64,000 bases of DNA. Origin: Chrysomallon squamiferum. Its lineage: Eukaryota; Animalia; Mollusca. Below are positions 1 through 14,581 of this stretch, piece after piece. The notes under the pieces were generated by a model. That model worked only from the letters and a program-made list of their open reading frames with translations, was not told where the DNA came from and did no database searches. Where the stretch lies: positions 10,788,001 through 10,852,000 of the forward strand of contig CM022679.1 in NCBI GenBank assembly GCA_012295275.1. Reading direction: 5' to 3'. The position numbers and the translations under genes are program-made. Every line of letters starts with the position of its first letter. Position 1 is the first letter of the stretch.

Positions 1-386
1 AATAATCATCACCACAGCAGCGTCGTCATCATTATCATTATCACCACCATCATCACCACCACATCGTCATCATTATCATTATGATCATCACCGTCATTAT
101 CATTTTTATCATATTCTTCTTCTTCTTCTTCATTTTTGCTCTTTTCTTCCATCTTCTTCAACTCTTCCGTCCCGTTTCATCTTTTTCTTATCATCTTTTT
201 TTATCATCTATTTTTATCATCAGTGTTAATACACATGCCCAAGGCGCGATTATTCACAGGCTCAAACCTCGTCGATGCCCAAAGGATATCTACCATTGAT
301 ATCTTGTTAATGAGCATAGGCTGACACATACAAACAACTTAACCTCGAACTATTATTTTAGTTTTACCAGGTTTGCTTAACATTTA

Positions 387-452
<66 letters not shown>

Positions 453-748
453 TAATACGCATATATATACACATATATACATTCATACCTTTTAGGTATA
501 TATATATATACATATTTAAATATATACAAGCGTACCCACGTTCGTATTTACTTGCATGCATATATCTAATATTTAAGAAGTAACATGAATATATATATAT
601 ATATGTATATACATAATTTTCAATTCGATATAGAAACTAATATAATAGAAAGTTAAAGTTATTTTCAAAATTAATACGTAAATGTTTTAGAAATGCTTTT
701 AAGTGTACTTACAGTAGATACTGACATGAGTACTTGATTTAATACTTT

Positions 749-780
<32 letters not shown>

Positions 781-1084
781 ATATCCTTCACAAATTACTG
801 AATTCAAGAGCTTTTGGCGCTCTACATAAGGAGGTCCAGAATTTATGTGTTTTATAATGAACATCAAAGATATACATGAGTGCTATTTCAGCAGACTGCT
901 ACCTGATATCTGGGTCCCATAAAAAATGTATTTGTATAAAATAAAGTGAATGTTTAGAAGCCATATATTTAAACTGTTATATGAAGTAAACGTTCTCTTT
1001 ATAAGAAAAAAAGAAGATAAATAAAAGCAAAAAAAATAAAAATCTAATAGCAGCAGTGAACTGCAGATCAGTATGTCATAGCTG

Positions 1085-1400
1085 TTGTTGTTATTTTATA
1101 GCTGTTGTTGTTTACTATAATATTTACTATTATTATTATTATTATATTTATTATTATTGGTAGTAGTGGTAGCAGTAGTGGTAACGGTAGTAGTAGTTGT
1201 ACCTGTAGAAGTAGTAGTAGTAATAGTAGGAGTAGTGGTAGTTGTAGTAATAATAGCAGTAGTAGTAGCAGTAATAGTTATAGTAGTAGTAGTAATAGTA
1301 GTAGTAGTAGTAGTAGTAATATTAGAAGCAGTAGTGGTAGTAATTATAATAATAATAGTAGTCGCAATAATTGTAATAGCAGTAGCAGCAGTATTAGTCA
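1085..1400. repeat. Compound (ATT)/(TAG)/(TAA) trinucleotide low-complexity tract
   Basis: Directly visible; gives poly-T/S/V ORFs in several frames. Confidence 0.95.
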
Positions 1401-1711
1401 AACTAATATATTAGTGTTTTTTTTAGCTGTATCTATGTACATGAAATATCTACATCTATGTACATGAAATATCTATATCTCTGGTATATAAAGTAAAGTA
1501 TAAAGATGAAATTACTGCGACTTATTGATTTTTGAAGTTATTACACCCCAAGCAAACACTGAGAACTTTCATGATTTATCTAAAACTGTCCCCACAGACG
1601 CAAACATTTAATAATCTCTTGCTTATCATACAAAGGCTGAAGAATTTCTTTCTTTTTATTTATTTATTTTTATTTTTATATTTATTTCTTTTTTTACCTA
1701 ATGACAGATTA

Positions 1712-1754
<43 letters not shown>

Positions 1755-1755
<1 letters not shown>

Positions 1756-2760
1756 ACAGTCTCAAGCATGTATGTAAAGTAATCCAGTGAACTGTCACGT
1801 TCTGTAGTGAAAAATGACAGAAACACTTTCTACAGTTTTTGAATAAATCATCTAGTGGAGTGCTATGATCTACTTACTGGTAGAGAAAACGATCTTAACA
1901 GATTCTAGTATTTATATAGATAATCTACTGAAAAGTTTTGTTGCGCAGACTGTATTAGGTGAAAGCAGCAACAACAAAAAAATATATAGTAACAGTTTCT
2001 AATATTTAGATAGATAATCTACTGAACTATCTTGTGTTCTACGCGCATGGTAATGCAAAAAAACAAACAACAACACTCCCCCCAAAAAAAAAACAACAAC
2101 AACGAAACAACAAGTTTCTGATATTTACATAAATAATAAACTGAACAGTCATGTTCTACATACTGGTAGAGAAAACGACTGTAAACGTTTCTAGTATTTA
2201 TATAAAAATCTAGTGAACTGTGTTTTGTTCTGCGTGCTGGTTGATGCAAGAAAACAGTTACAGTTTCTAGGATTTACATAAATAATCTAGTGAAATGTCT
2301 TATTCTTCATGCTGCTAGAAGAAAAGATTGAATCATTTTCTAGGATTTACATAAATAATCTACCGAAATGTTTTATGCTTTATGCTGCTAGAAGATTACA
2401 TTGTAACAGTTTCTAGAATTTACATAAATAATCTAGTGAAATGTCTTATTCTTCATGCTGCTAGAAGAAAAGATTGAATCATTTTCTAGGATTTACATAA
2501 AGCGAAATGATCTACCAAAATGTTTTATTCTTTATGCTGCTAGAAGAAAAATATTTAACAGTTTCTAGAATTTACATAAATAATCTAGTGAAATGTCTTA
2601 TGCTTTATCCTGCTACAAAAAAGATATTAACAGTTTCTAGGATTTACATAAATAACCTAGTGGCATGTTTTGTTATGGAAAACACCAGGAATAACAGTGT
2701 CTAGCGAACTATCACGTCCTTCGAGCTGCCAGAGGTAAAATACGCTGCAATTTCTACCGG
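1755..2760 (+). repeat. Degenerate minisatellite, unit about 73 bp (acagtttctaggatttacataaataatctagtgaaatgtcttattcttcatgctgctagaagaaaagatt...)
   Basis: ttctag recurs at about 2265, 2338, 2411 and 2484; more diverged copies lie on both sides. Confidence 0.85.
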
Positions 2761-2808
2761 GCGATACACAGCTGTTTTTTTTTAGAAGTTATCATAATTT
2801 GCACTACG

Positions 2809-3797
2809 CTCGGTACGCACAGAAGCGGTGAGGTAACTAGGTTTTGTTACACTCGGTACGCACAGAAGCGGTGAGGTAACTAGGGTTTTGTTACACTCGG
2901 TACGCACAGAAGCGGCGGTGAGGTAACTAGGTTTTGTTTACAGGTTCTGTTCGGTACGCACAGAAGCGGTGAGGTAACTAGGTTTTGTTACACTCGGTAC
3001 GCACAGAAGCGGTGAGGTAACTAGGTTTTGTTACACTCGGTACGCACAGAAGCGGTGAGGTAACCAGGGTTTTGTTACACTCGGTAACGGCGAGGTAGGT
3101 TTGTTACACTCGGTACGCACAGAAGCGGTGAGGTAACTAGGTTCTGTTACACTCGGTACGCACAGTCAGTGAGGTAACTAGGTTTTGTTACACTCGGTAC
3201 GCACAGAAGCAGTGAGGTAACTAGGTTATGTTACACTCGGTACGCACAGTCAGTGAGGTAACTAGGTTCTGTTACACTCGGCACGCACAGTCAGTGAGGT
3301 AACTAGGTTCTGTTACACTCGGCACGCACAGAAGCAGTGAGGTAACTAGGGTTAGCGGTGTTAACTAGGTTCTGTTACACTCGGTACGCACAGAAGCGGT
3401 GAGGTAACTAGGTTCTATTACACTCGGGCACAGAACAGAGGTAACTAGGTTCTGTTACACTCGGTACGCACAGAAGCGGCGAGGTAACTAGGTTTTGTTA
3501 CACTCGGTACGCACAGAAGCAGTGAGGTAACTAGGTTTTGTTACACTCGGTACGCACAGAAGCAGTGAGGTAACTAGGTTCTGTTACACTCGGTACGCAC
3601 AGAAGCAGTGAGGTAACTAGGTTTTGTTACACTCGGTACGCACAGAAGCAGTGAGGTAACTAGGTTCTGTTACACTCGGTACGCACAGAAGCAGTGAGGT
3701 AACTATGTTCTGTTACACTCGGTACGCACAGAAGCAGTGAGGTAACTAGGTTCTGTTACACTCGGTACGCACAGAAGCGGCGAGGTAACTAGGTTCT
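2809..3797 (+). repeat. 43-bp minisatellite, about 23 copies (ctcggtacgcacagaagcggtgaggtaactaggttttgttaca)
   Basis: Head-to-tail near-identical units (starts at 2809, 2852, ...) with a few truncated or variant copies. Confidence 0.97.
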
Positions 3798-4356
3798 CTT
3801 GTCGCTCAGCGGGAAAGGGAAAATTTTTATCAGCGCAGCACCAAGAAAAAGCTTTCACCAAAGGATTAATGTCGCCTGGCACTTTTATTTTTTTTTCACT
3901 TGTAAATTTGATTGATTAATATTTCCTGTCTTTCAGTCGTGTTCAAAATAGCACGAATGGTAAGAAAATTACAGTTGCTGTGACACACAATAAACATGTC
4001 CCAGAGTACTCAATGCACCTTGCTTTCCTTCTTCGTTTTTTTCTATTTCTTTTTCTTTTTTTGATTTCGTTTTGTCGTTGATTTGTGTGTGTTTGTGTGT
4101 GTGTGTGTGTCTGCGTGTGTGTGTGTATAAATAAATGAAACAATAAAATAAAATAATATAGATGTTTTGTATAATGGTATAGTTCTTTATGTAAAGTGAT
4201 TTTTTTGTCATTGATTTGGTCGTACATTCTGATGATATATATATACATACATATGTATGTAGTATCTATCTATGTATATATGTATATATGTATGCATACA
4301 TATATGTATGTATACATGTATGTATGTATACATGTATGTATGTATGTGTATGTATG

Positions 4357-4390
<34 letters not shown>

Positions 4391-4396
4391 TGTATG

Positions 4397-4428
<32 letters not shown>

Positions 4429-4460
4429 TGTATGTGTGTATGTATGTATTTATGAAAATC

Positions 4461-4545
4461 TTAGAAACTGATATTATCTTTTCTACTAGCAGCATAAAAG
4501 AATAAGACATTTCACTAGATTATTTATGTAAATCCTAGAAACTGT
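4461..4545 (-). repeat. Single inverted monomer of the 73-bp minisatellite inside a (TATG)n tract
   Basis: Reverse complement reads acagtttctaggatttacataaataatctagtgaaatgtcttattcttttatgctgctagtagaaaagat, nearly identical to units at 2260-2600. Confidence 0.9.
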
Positions 4546-4808
4546 ATGTATGTATGTATGTGTGTATATATGTATGTATAAATCCATGTATATACGTGTG
4601 TGTTTCCACAAACTAAATTACTCCCCTCTGATTTCTTTTCTAAACGTTCTATAATTGAGACGTCTGTCATTAGACATGATGGTTAGCAGGATCTGACTGT
4701 CTAGGTATTAGAGTTTAGAACCGCTCGACTGATTTATTAGAAATTGAACCTTATGTCAAAGCTTGAATTGTTCGAGTTAAATGTTCTATTTAAAGGATAA
4801 TTTCTTCT

Positions 4809-4840
<32 letters not shown>

Positions 4841-4848
4841 TTCTTCTT

Positions 4849-4913
<65 letters not shown>

Positions 4914-7350
4914 GACCATCATCAACACCACTCCTTAATAAGACATTTACATTATCATTTTAATAAATGTAATCATTAATAATGGTTGTCGTCACTGTTG
5001 TCGTTGATGATGTTGTTGCATAATGTGTGGCATCATCTTATCGTTTGAGTAATGCTGAAATTATTTTAATCAAACGCGGATCTAACATTCGAAAGAAATG
5101 ATAATTTTAACCATTTTGTATTTATAATGTGTACATATACCATGTGTACATATACCATGTTATGCTGACTATAATGTGTACATGTGCCATGTTCCCAAAC
5201 TGTGTTATTATTCGTATGTCAAAATATTCTGGCGTAGAGCGATTCTCCGAGTGCGGAGTTCTTTGCTTTCAGGTTTGTATTCCTTGCCAAGGACGTAGAA
5301 GTATCCAAGATCTCATTTATCTTGTATCTGACTTTGATAAATTAATGAAATCATGGCAGAATCATGTAAGCCGTGGAAACATCTATTGACAAAGGATTCT
5401 CAACTGACTGAACTAATATATGAAGTTAGCCAATCGAACGAACTCACTGTCCAAATATTAGGTGATCGTCCCGTAGTATCGATTTGTCAGTTTTAAACAG
5501 ACAGTCGGAAAACTAACGAAACAAAAGAGAGAACGAAAGGATGAAAGAAAAAGAAGAAAATGCGGTAAATGACGAGAGCTATAATAAAAATAAAAAAAAA
5601 AGTAAGCGGAAGGTAGGAAGGAAGGAAGGAAGGAATGAACGAAAGAAGCAAAAGGTGGAAGAACTGTAATGAAAGATAGAAAGAAAAAAGAAAAAATCTA
5701 AAGTAATGATTGAACATTATGGACGAGAAGCCTGACAACAAGACAGAAAAACAAACAAAACAAAAAAGAACCAAAAAAACAACCCAAAACCAACATGAAA
5801 GACATTAAAATGAAGAAAGAACAAATCAACGAAAACCAGGAAGAAAGAATCTAAATCAACCAATAAGAATAAAGTTCATACGTACTTCATACAAAATTGA
5901 AAGAAGAAGAAGAAAAAAAAAAAGGTAAACAAGTAAAAAGCAATATACTTTAGAACGATACCGTAGATCAATATCTAACAGTTAGAACTAGGAAATGAGA
6001 GAGAAATGAAAAATCAATCAAGTGATTCAACGGTGAATAGGAAATTCAAATCGTCACTGTAAAGGTGAGATGCAGGCTTCATTTGCGCTTTAAACGTCTG
6101 TAAACATTTTAAATCAATGAATAACCAGGCCTGAGCCGTGTGGAATAAAAAAAAAAAAACACGCATTAGAACGAAGATGTCCAGGGTTCAAATAAATGTC
6201 TTTAAAAAATCTGTGAGAACTATTAGTTTTGCTTGGTTGGATGGACTAATATTTCGTTTATATACGATCTTAAATACACGCGCGCGCATACACACACATG
6301 CATGCATACACACACACACACACACATATGCCCCTATGCACCCACATACACATATGTATTCGCAGTTAATTGTTACAAAACCTAGAACAAATCTAAAAAC
6401 AGCCAAAAAATAAATCATACAGCGCCAAACCACCAATGAGTCAGTCTGTAACAAACCAGTCAGTCGACCCAAACAAATAACCAAGTCAGCTAATGAGTCG
6501 AACAAACAAAGAACCACACCTGTGACATATTAACAGCAATCAACCTTATCACCCAGCCAACCAACATCCAACCCAATTTACCCAACTAACAACAACCAAA
6601 AACCAACAACCAACAACCAAACTCCAAACACCAATCCAATCACGCCAAACAACAGCAAATTCCGCTAGTTATTTATTCAAAGAAACCAAACCAAAATAAT
6701 GCGCATGTAAAAAAATAAAAAATAGAAAATATTTAAAAAAAAATTCAAGTATCAGTCGAATTCTGTACAAAAGTGAAATAAACTTCTTTACAACTCTGTC
6801 TTTATGCACTGGCGTTATCGTAATTAACGTTTGATTTTCTGAGCAATTACACTTCAAGCATTAGAAACAAACCAAAAAAAACAAAAAAAAAAAAATAAAA
6901 AAATAAAACTAAAGTAGAAAACGTCGAAGTTAAAAAAACACCAAAGTATTAATTAACAACAAACAAACCAAGCTTTAAGAACCGCAGCATAAAGAAAGAA
7001 AAGTTTTAATGTGTTTAGAACGAGCACGTTCTAAATAGCGAAGTAGTTAAATGATTAAATTAAAAATAATATTTCCTGATTGCAGCGGAATGTCTTAGGT
7101 TAAAGGCAAGTTACAATTTCTACTCTGATTATTAATTTACGAATATCTGAAAGGTAATGCATTTTCTTATTGTCCCTGTTTCGTCTAATTTGAATGAATT
7201 AGCAATAAAATGATAAATGAGGAAGCAGTGAAAGGAAAAGTTTACGATTAAATTACAAAAAGTTAATAAATAAATCTTGTAGAAATCCGAGCTCTAACAT
7301 TCAGCAACTCACACAAACACACAAAACTTATAACAAAAACATAAATATAC

Positions 7351-7402
<52 letters not shown>

Positions 7403-8258
7403 ACACACACACACAAATGTAAGTACATACATGCATGGATAAATATATATTTACATACTAACATATATATATATATATATATATACGTACATACAAATAA
7501 ATACATAATACATCCATATTCATACATACATACATACATACATAAATACATACATCCATACATCCATCCATCCATACATACATACATACATACATACATA
7601 CATACATACATACATACATACATACATACAAACAAACATGACATATCAAGACAAAAGGTATCTTAACAAAATGTTACAGCTGCAAATATACAATGATTCT
7701 CTTGAAAAAGATGGGATATAAAAAAAGATATAATTTTTTAATGATTTTATTCTGTGTCTTTGCTTTTGGCAGACAGCCGCAATTTGTTAATTTTTTATTT
7801 TTTTATTTTTTTGGTGGTTGATAAATGTTAGAATCAGGTAGAGCTCATTCTTAGTCACCTCAAAATCGTGAAAAAGAAAGCAAAGAAAAAATCTTTTTTT
7901 TAAAAGTCGAGTAAAAATAGATAACTTCAAATACCTAATTTCGTGTTTGCTGAAGAACTATAGTAACGATTCCTTTTTTTTTTTTTTATATATATAGTTT
8001 TTTTTTCTCTTCTTTTTTCCCTCTCAACATTTTAACAAGGAATAGAGGTAATTTTAGATATCTACGTCTCAGCTGCAGGTTATCTAAAACGATCCTAAAG
8101 GAAACAGTTAAATGAACGGAAGGTATCTATCTTTCAGCTACTGCTAAATCGGAAACTTTGATTCCGATTAATTTACTCGCTGACCAAACTAATGCATACA
8201 CACAGACAGAGGAGTAGAACGTCTAATGGATAATCTGATTAGCTGATTGATACAGAGC

Positions 8259-8520
<262 letters not shown>

Positions 8521-8565
8521 AGAATTCGAACGAAAGCATAAAACCTGGTAAATAAATAAAATTTA

Positions 8566-8616
<51 letters not shown>

Positions 8617-8693
8617 CACACACACACACAAACACAGCCCCTACCACATCTGTCTGGTCTCCAGGGCTCACAAAGTAAAAGAGTTTCACTTAC

Positions 8694-8862
8694 CATGCTA
8701 TTGAAATATTAATCCCTCGACTTGTGACTGAGACTAGCAATCGCAGAACGTTGGTCGTCCAGCCTGATTCCTCTCCGCAGAGGGAAGCGATACCAACTGT
8801 CATTAGGACATAACATCCAAACTAGGAAATGTCCTGAACCTTTCTGATGTTGAATGGTAACA
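8694..8862 (-). other. Candidate 169-nt 5' UTR exon ending in ATG|gtaagt (phase 0)
   Basis: Long pyrimidine tract ...ctctctttctacag|TGTTACC...AGCATG|gtaagtg; contains upstream ATGs; a CpG-enriched block lies at 9180-9720. Confidence 0.55.
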
Positions 8863-9179
8863 CTGTAGAAAGAGAGAAAGAGAGAGGGAGAAGAAAAAAA
8901 AAACGAGAGAAAAAGAAAAAAAAAAACAGTGTCAAGTGGGGAGGAAAACAAATAGAAAGAGTAATCCAGAACTGAATGAAGAAACGTGTAGTCAATTTTC
9001 GAAAAACGGTAACAGATTTACAGAGAGAGTCTTTTCAAAGTTACTCCAAAAGATGTAGGATAAACAGATCTATGCGCACACACACACAGAGTGACAGAGA
9101 CAAACAAACAGAGAAAGAGAGAGAGAGAGAATAAGGAATACACATATACGTCTTCGATTTGATAAGTCTTAAATCCGAG

Positions 9180-9486
9180 AATTTTTGCCTTCCTCGTTGA
9201 AAAGGTAAAAGGAAAAGTATCGAACGCGTCAGATCGTTCTCGTCATTGCAGATCTCCGATCTCTAGGTACACGTTGTAAACACACAGGGCAGCGCTACAG
9301 GCGCTGACTGCATAGTTCTAGAGAAAACAATCCGCTCTCCAAGCACGCTGAGAGAAAACTCGACCGTTAACCGCGGCGTTCTCGACTCGTTGTGTTCATT
9401 CTCCGTTCATAAACCAACACGTGGCTTGAAAATCGTAAACGCCATTTACCCTCCGGTACCAAAACCTTTCTCTATGCTAATTGTGT

Positions 9487-9522
<36 letters not shown>

Positions 9523-9720
9523 CTTTTTTTTGTTGATGTAGTAGTAGTTGTTGTTGTCGTTGTTGTTTCACGTCGTCGTCACGGTCAAGTTGCCAGCGGC
9601 TGCTGGATGCGAGGGTTGCAGAGATTGGAATATCTGTTTTTCTCAGACTGAGCTTTTTAGATCAATACAGAACTGACTGCTAAACTCGGCCCCGGTCTCA
9701 TCGAGACTGTAAAATTGACA
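9180..9720 (-). promoter_or_regulatory. CpG-enriched block, probable promoter or first exon upstream of the 8694-8862 exon
   Basis: Non-repetitive with many CpGs (e.g. ccgcggcg, gcgctacaggcgc), unlike the flanks. Confidence 0.35.
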
Positions 9721-10364
9721 CGAGTGGAGTTTTATAACACAGAGCAAAACATTTTTTACTGTTTTTACTTACGTAAAATTACAGCTACACCGACATCCAC
9801 CGTGTTGTTATCTGGGCTTGATTTATCGCTTTTAATGAATGACTCTCAGCCTTTGATCAGGTCACATTTTCCTTCTTCTTCTTTTTTTTTTTTTTTCTTT
9901 CTTTCTCTTTCTCTTCTTGTTTTATTTTATTATGATTAATTTTTTTCATGTGACGGTTAGTAAATATAGGCCACTTTATTTATTTTCTCAGTATACTCGA
10001 TATGAGCTAAATTTAAATATGCAGTGTCATGCTGCTTGGAGATAAAGTGTTTTGGGATTCACAAGGACGTCTTGTGTTGTTTGATTATGAGTCTATGTTT
10101 TCTCGAATGAGTATATGTTTTTACATGCAAGTTTTCTGTTTTTGTTGTTGCTGTTGTTGAATGAAAACTAAGTTTGAAAAATTAGACAGAACTCTTTGGA
10201 TCGCTGTTGGTTGTTCGCATGATTGAATATCGCAAGACAGTAAATGAGAGAGAGAGAAAGATAGAGAGAATAATATATATGTGTGTGTGTGTGTGTGTGT
10301 GAGTGTGTGTGTGTGTTGGTGTGTTATTTCTATATCTATCTATATCTATCTAGCTATCTATCTA

Positions 10365-10397
<33 letters not shown>

Positions 10398-12342
10398 CAC
10401 ACATCTGGGTTTCCTCTGTATTTTTTTCATTCGGTTTTTTTAATTACTGTTATTATTACTTTATTTATTTTTCCTCTCGACGGATTAGTATGACCTAGTT
10501 CAGGTTTGCCGAACAAACTGATATGTAAAGAGAGAAGAAAGATAATGTATAATCATATATGTGTGTGTGTGTGTGTGTGTGTGGTTGTATCTTTGTGTGT
10601 GAATGTCTATGTGTGTATGTGTGTGTGTGTGTGTGTGTGTTGTATGTGTGTGATGGATTATATCCATATACTGATGATAAATAGATGTGCATGGGTATAT
10701 AGGTGTGAAGGTTTATATGTGTGTTTATTAATATAAATGTATTTGTGTGTGCATATGTGTTCATAAGTATTTGTGAAAGGTTATATATATATATGTATAT
10801 TGATAATTAAGAGAGCATATTAATATATATGAATGTGTTGTGCTTGCGCATGTGCATAGTGGAAGAAAGGCAGTGAATATATATATAAGAATGGGATGGT
10901 ATATATGTGCACAAAAATGCAAAAACTATACACCTGTACATACATACAAACACAGACATACATTATACACATAGTCGTTTAATCAAACACAAATTATATT
11001 TGCGGGTATACGTCTAAGTATATACATACACAGGAAGTGAAGTATGTCATATCATGTGATTTGATTGCATACGATACGATGTTATGTAATGTATTATGCT
11101 ATGAAAGTTACACTGCATTACGTTATTCGCTTATAAACTGTGCGAAATTAATTATCTTTGCCATAAGCAGAAAAATCATTCATCTGTAATTCTGGAAAAT
11201 ATGGATTACATGTATACGATGGTTACGTAATTGCATTACACGAGAAAGTAATTTATATATTACACTGACTCCGCGGCGTGGAGAGAGAGCAATCGCGACA
11301 TGAGTAGTATGCGACGTAACGTATTTATTTTAGTAACGTAAATATTTCTGAAATAGCTGCATAGAATTTGTAACGGTTGTTCTATCTTTTTTCCTGTTTT
11401 AACGATTCCTTTTTTGTTTTAAATCATTTTGCGACTTCGTACTTTCATCCCTAATGGATATATATTTTTTTTTTTAAGTTTTAAAGCTTCATCTTAAAAA
11501 AATAAAAAATAAAAAATAAAAATTAAAGCTTTTTTCCATTCGTATGTTCATCCCTAACACAAATATAAAAGTTTTAAAACCTCATTTTTCTTGTTTTCAG
11601 GCGTTTTCATCACTAACGTAAATATATATATACATATATATATATTTTTTAAATATAAAACCTCATTGTCTTCTTTTAATGCATTTTTAACCTCGCATTT
11701 TCATCACCTAACGGGAAATATATTAAAAAAGTGTTTTATTCACAGATTTGTTTTAGCTATGTCAACATTCTCTTCGCTTTGGTTTTCAAACTCCATCAGT
11801 TTGCACACATAATCATTCTCTCATTACGAACCATTACGCTTAATCCAGATAGGCGATAATCATGTTGGTTCTGGACTAACATTAAATATTAACCATTTCA
11901 TTACCTTCGCACAAATAATGATGCATGAAATATTGATAACGCATAACGACGCAATGTTACGTACGACGGAATGAAAACGCGAATGCGGTCCACGGCGATT
12001 TCAGAACGATTTTATTGACTTGATGAAAACTGTCGAATCGTTCTGTGATTGCGATGAGACTAAAGAATTCTGGCTCTTTCTCGGCATCTGTTGGTTTTTA
12101 AGCTCCGTTTCGTTTTGCCCCCGTTGTTTTGAAGTGAAGAGAGAACTGTTTTTATATCCGTTAATTGTACACGTTTTGAGGTTTTGAAGTGAAATATTGT
12201 TTTGTTTTCTGTTTTTTTTTTTTATTAAAGTTTTGTTTAGGTTAGAGCTGTTTGAGTACTTGAAATAAAATTATTGCTTCAGTTTATTTTTGAAACGTGT
12301 GTGAAGACATATAAATGTAATTTATAAAGTTATAACCGCTGA

Positions 12343-12403
<61 letters not shown>

Positions 12404-13137
12404 TGTCATTTAAAACATTTTTGAAAGTAAAAATATTTCCTGTTACATCGAGTTGTGGTATCTTAACAGTGGTTTAGGTTGTTTATATATATATATATGT
12501 GTATATATTATATTTAATTTTTTTTTGTACCAAATGAAGTTGCGATAATCTGGATATTTTAAAATTTCAGATATCCTTACGAGTTTGTTTGTTTTTTTTT
12601 TTTTTTTTGTCACACTTTATAATTAGGAAAGATAATCAAAAGATAATTAGGAATAATCGCACGTAAACAAAAAAGCCAATCATTTTCAAAATGTGTTTAC
12701 ACTCTTTGAACGTCACCTCCTACTTCATGCTTTAAAATTATTAACAGCGTAACACTTAACCATCTAAATATTTCTTCAGATATCTATTAACATTACCTTT
12801 TTACAAAATAATAAATCAACTTTCTTCTAATTACTTAATTATAGTATAGATAAACAACCGTACGTAAATAAAAAAAAAAAATAAAAAATTAAAAATAAAA
12901 AAATAAAGGGAAAAGTAAAGAAACCTTGGCTAGCTTTCACAGTGTATAATTAATTTGCCAAGATCCAGGATCTAACCGATGCGCATGCGTTATCTTAAAT
13001 GGGTCACGGATGTTGATGAACAAACTCGTTATCGTATTTGATGACGACGATATATTTATCTTATTTTTAATTTCCTGCAGATATTGATCACATGATGTGA
13101 TACGCATTTTTACCGAGGCTGAAAGTAAGATAATGTT

Positions 13138-13211
<74 letters not shown>

Positions 13212-13234
13212 AAGACAGAGAGAGAGAGTATTAA

Positions 13235-13269
<35 letters not shown>

Positions 13270-13273
<4 letters not shown>

Positions 13274-13410
13274 AAGATGTCAAATTTCCTGTCTTTAAAT
13301 CATTCTTATTAAGTTTATATCCGATTTCTTTCAATACATATCCGTAATATATTTAAGATAACATCTGAGAATACGAGTTGAAGCATGCTAAATAACCATT
13401 GTAACAAGAC
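13270..13410. repeat. Dispersed repeat of about 150 bp next to (GA)n/(TAG)n, copy 2
   Basis: Same shared blocks as the copy at 8370-8520. Confidence 0.85.
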
Positions 13411-14407
13411 ACATGCATTTTCTGTATAACATCTTCTGCAACCAAGCACCTAGAATATATAATTATACCAACTTTAATCAATAGTTTTCATTAAATATCA
13501 GCCATTGTTTTCTCAACTCAGTGTTACCAGATTTACGACCTCGATATCATGGGAAACAACAAAAAGGATTTTTTTTTTTTAATATTAAATATTTGTTTTT
13601 GTTTTTGTTTAATGAGCAACAGCCTTATAGTCCGGCTTTTACGGTACATGATTATAAACTGGCACGCAATAGATCTGATAATTAATTTGTTATTTTTCAT
13701 TTGATATTTGAAACGCCTAGTGTGGCCAATTTATCAGCCTTAAAAAAAATGGATAAATATCTCCTGATGCATTCCATAAAATGTTAATAGGGAAATCTGA
13801 GAGAGAGTTTAAGTGTTTATGTCATTATATTCGTTCGCTTGTTAAAAAAGAGTTATTGCTGTTTCCCTCTGTACTTTATGTCTGTGTGTATATATGTATA
13901 TATATATAGGTATATATGCATTGCATGTATGTATGCATGCATGTATGCTTGTATGTATCTATTTATTTATAATTAATGTATGTATGCTTGTATGCATGCT
14001 TTTTTACAAGTACGTATGTGTTTGCCTCTGTGTGTGTGTGTGTCTCTCTGTGCGTGTGTGTGTTTCTGTGTGTGTGTGTGTGCTGCATACACATTATTAT
14101 TTTATTGTATACATTTTCCCTAGGAAAAGGACAATGACATTTGCTCAGCTGGTAGAAATTAGTATCATTTCTTGCGTGTTCCAAACAGATACAAAAACAC
14201 TGAAAAAATATACACACACAGGCGCATACAGTTACAGCACAGACGTAGATAACACGTCCATATCTCTTCGTAGAATCCTACACTTTTCGTGGCACTTGCT
14301 GGAAGAAAATAATTAAGGTAAAAATTGAGTGTTTGAACTTGATCTTTCAGTCCATCGCCTGTCAGGCAATCTAGTGACGAAATCTTTGGACCATTATCAA
14401 CTTTTAC

Positions 14408-14581
14408 CTTCCACTTAGAAAAACTGATTGTTTCTCGGGATCTGCTCGGAATCTCCGAAAAATCTCCGAAAATCTCCGGAAATCTTTCGGATTCTACGGA
14501 AGCGTCCAGAGAAAGACTGGACACCCATCTGACACGATTAGTTCGCTCGAACGCGCGCAGCTTGGCAAATAGGTTTTTCAT
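14408..14581 (-). CDS. Candidate alternative first coding exon (58 aa: MKNLFAKLRAFERTNRVRWVSSLSLDASVESERFPEIFGDFSEIPSRSRETISFSKWK|, phase 0)
   Basis: Non-repetitive, GC-elevated part of ORF 14165..14596, ending at AAG|gtaaaa; no recognisable domain. Confidence 0.35.

Noticed and set aside
2809-3797. Regular array of about 43 bp resembling a CRISPR array
   Set aside because: Units are head-to-tail with no unique spacers, there are no cas genes, and the context is eukaryotic. It is a minisatellite.
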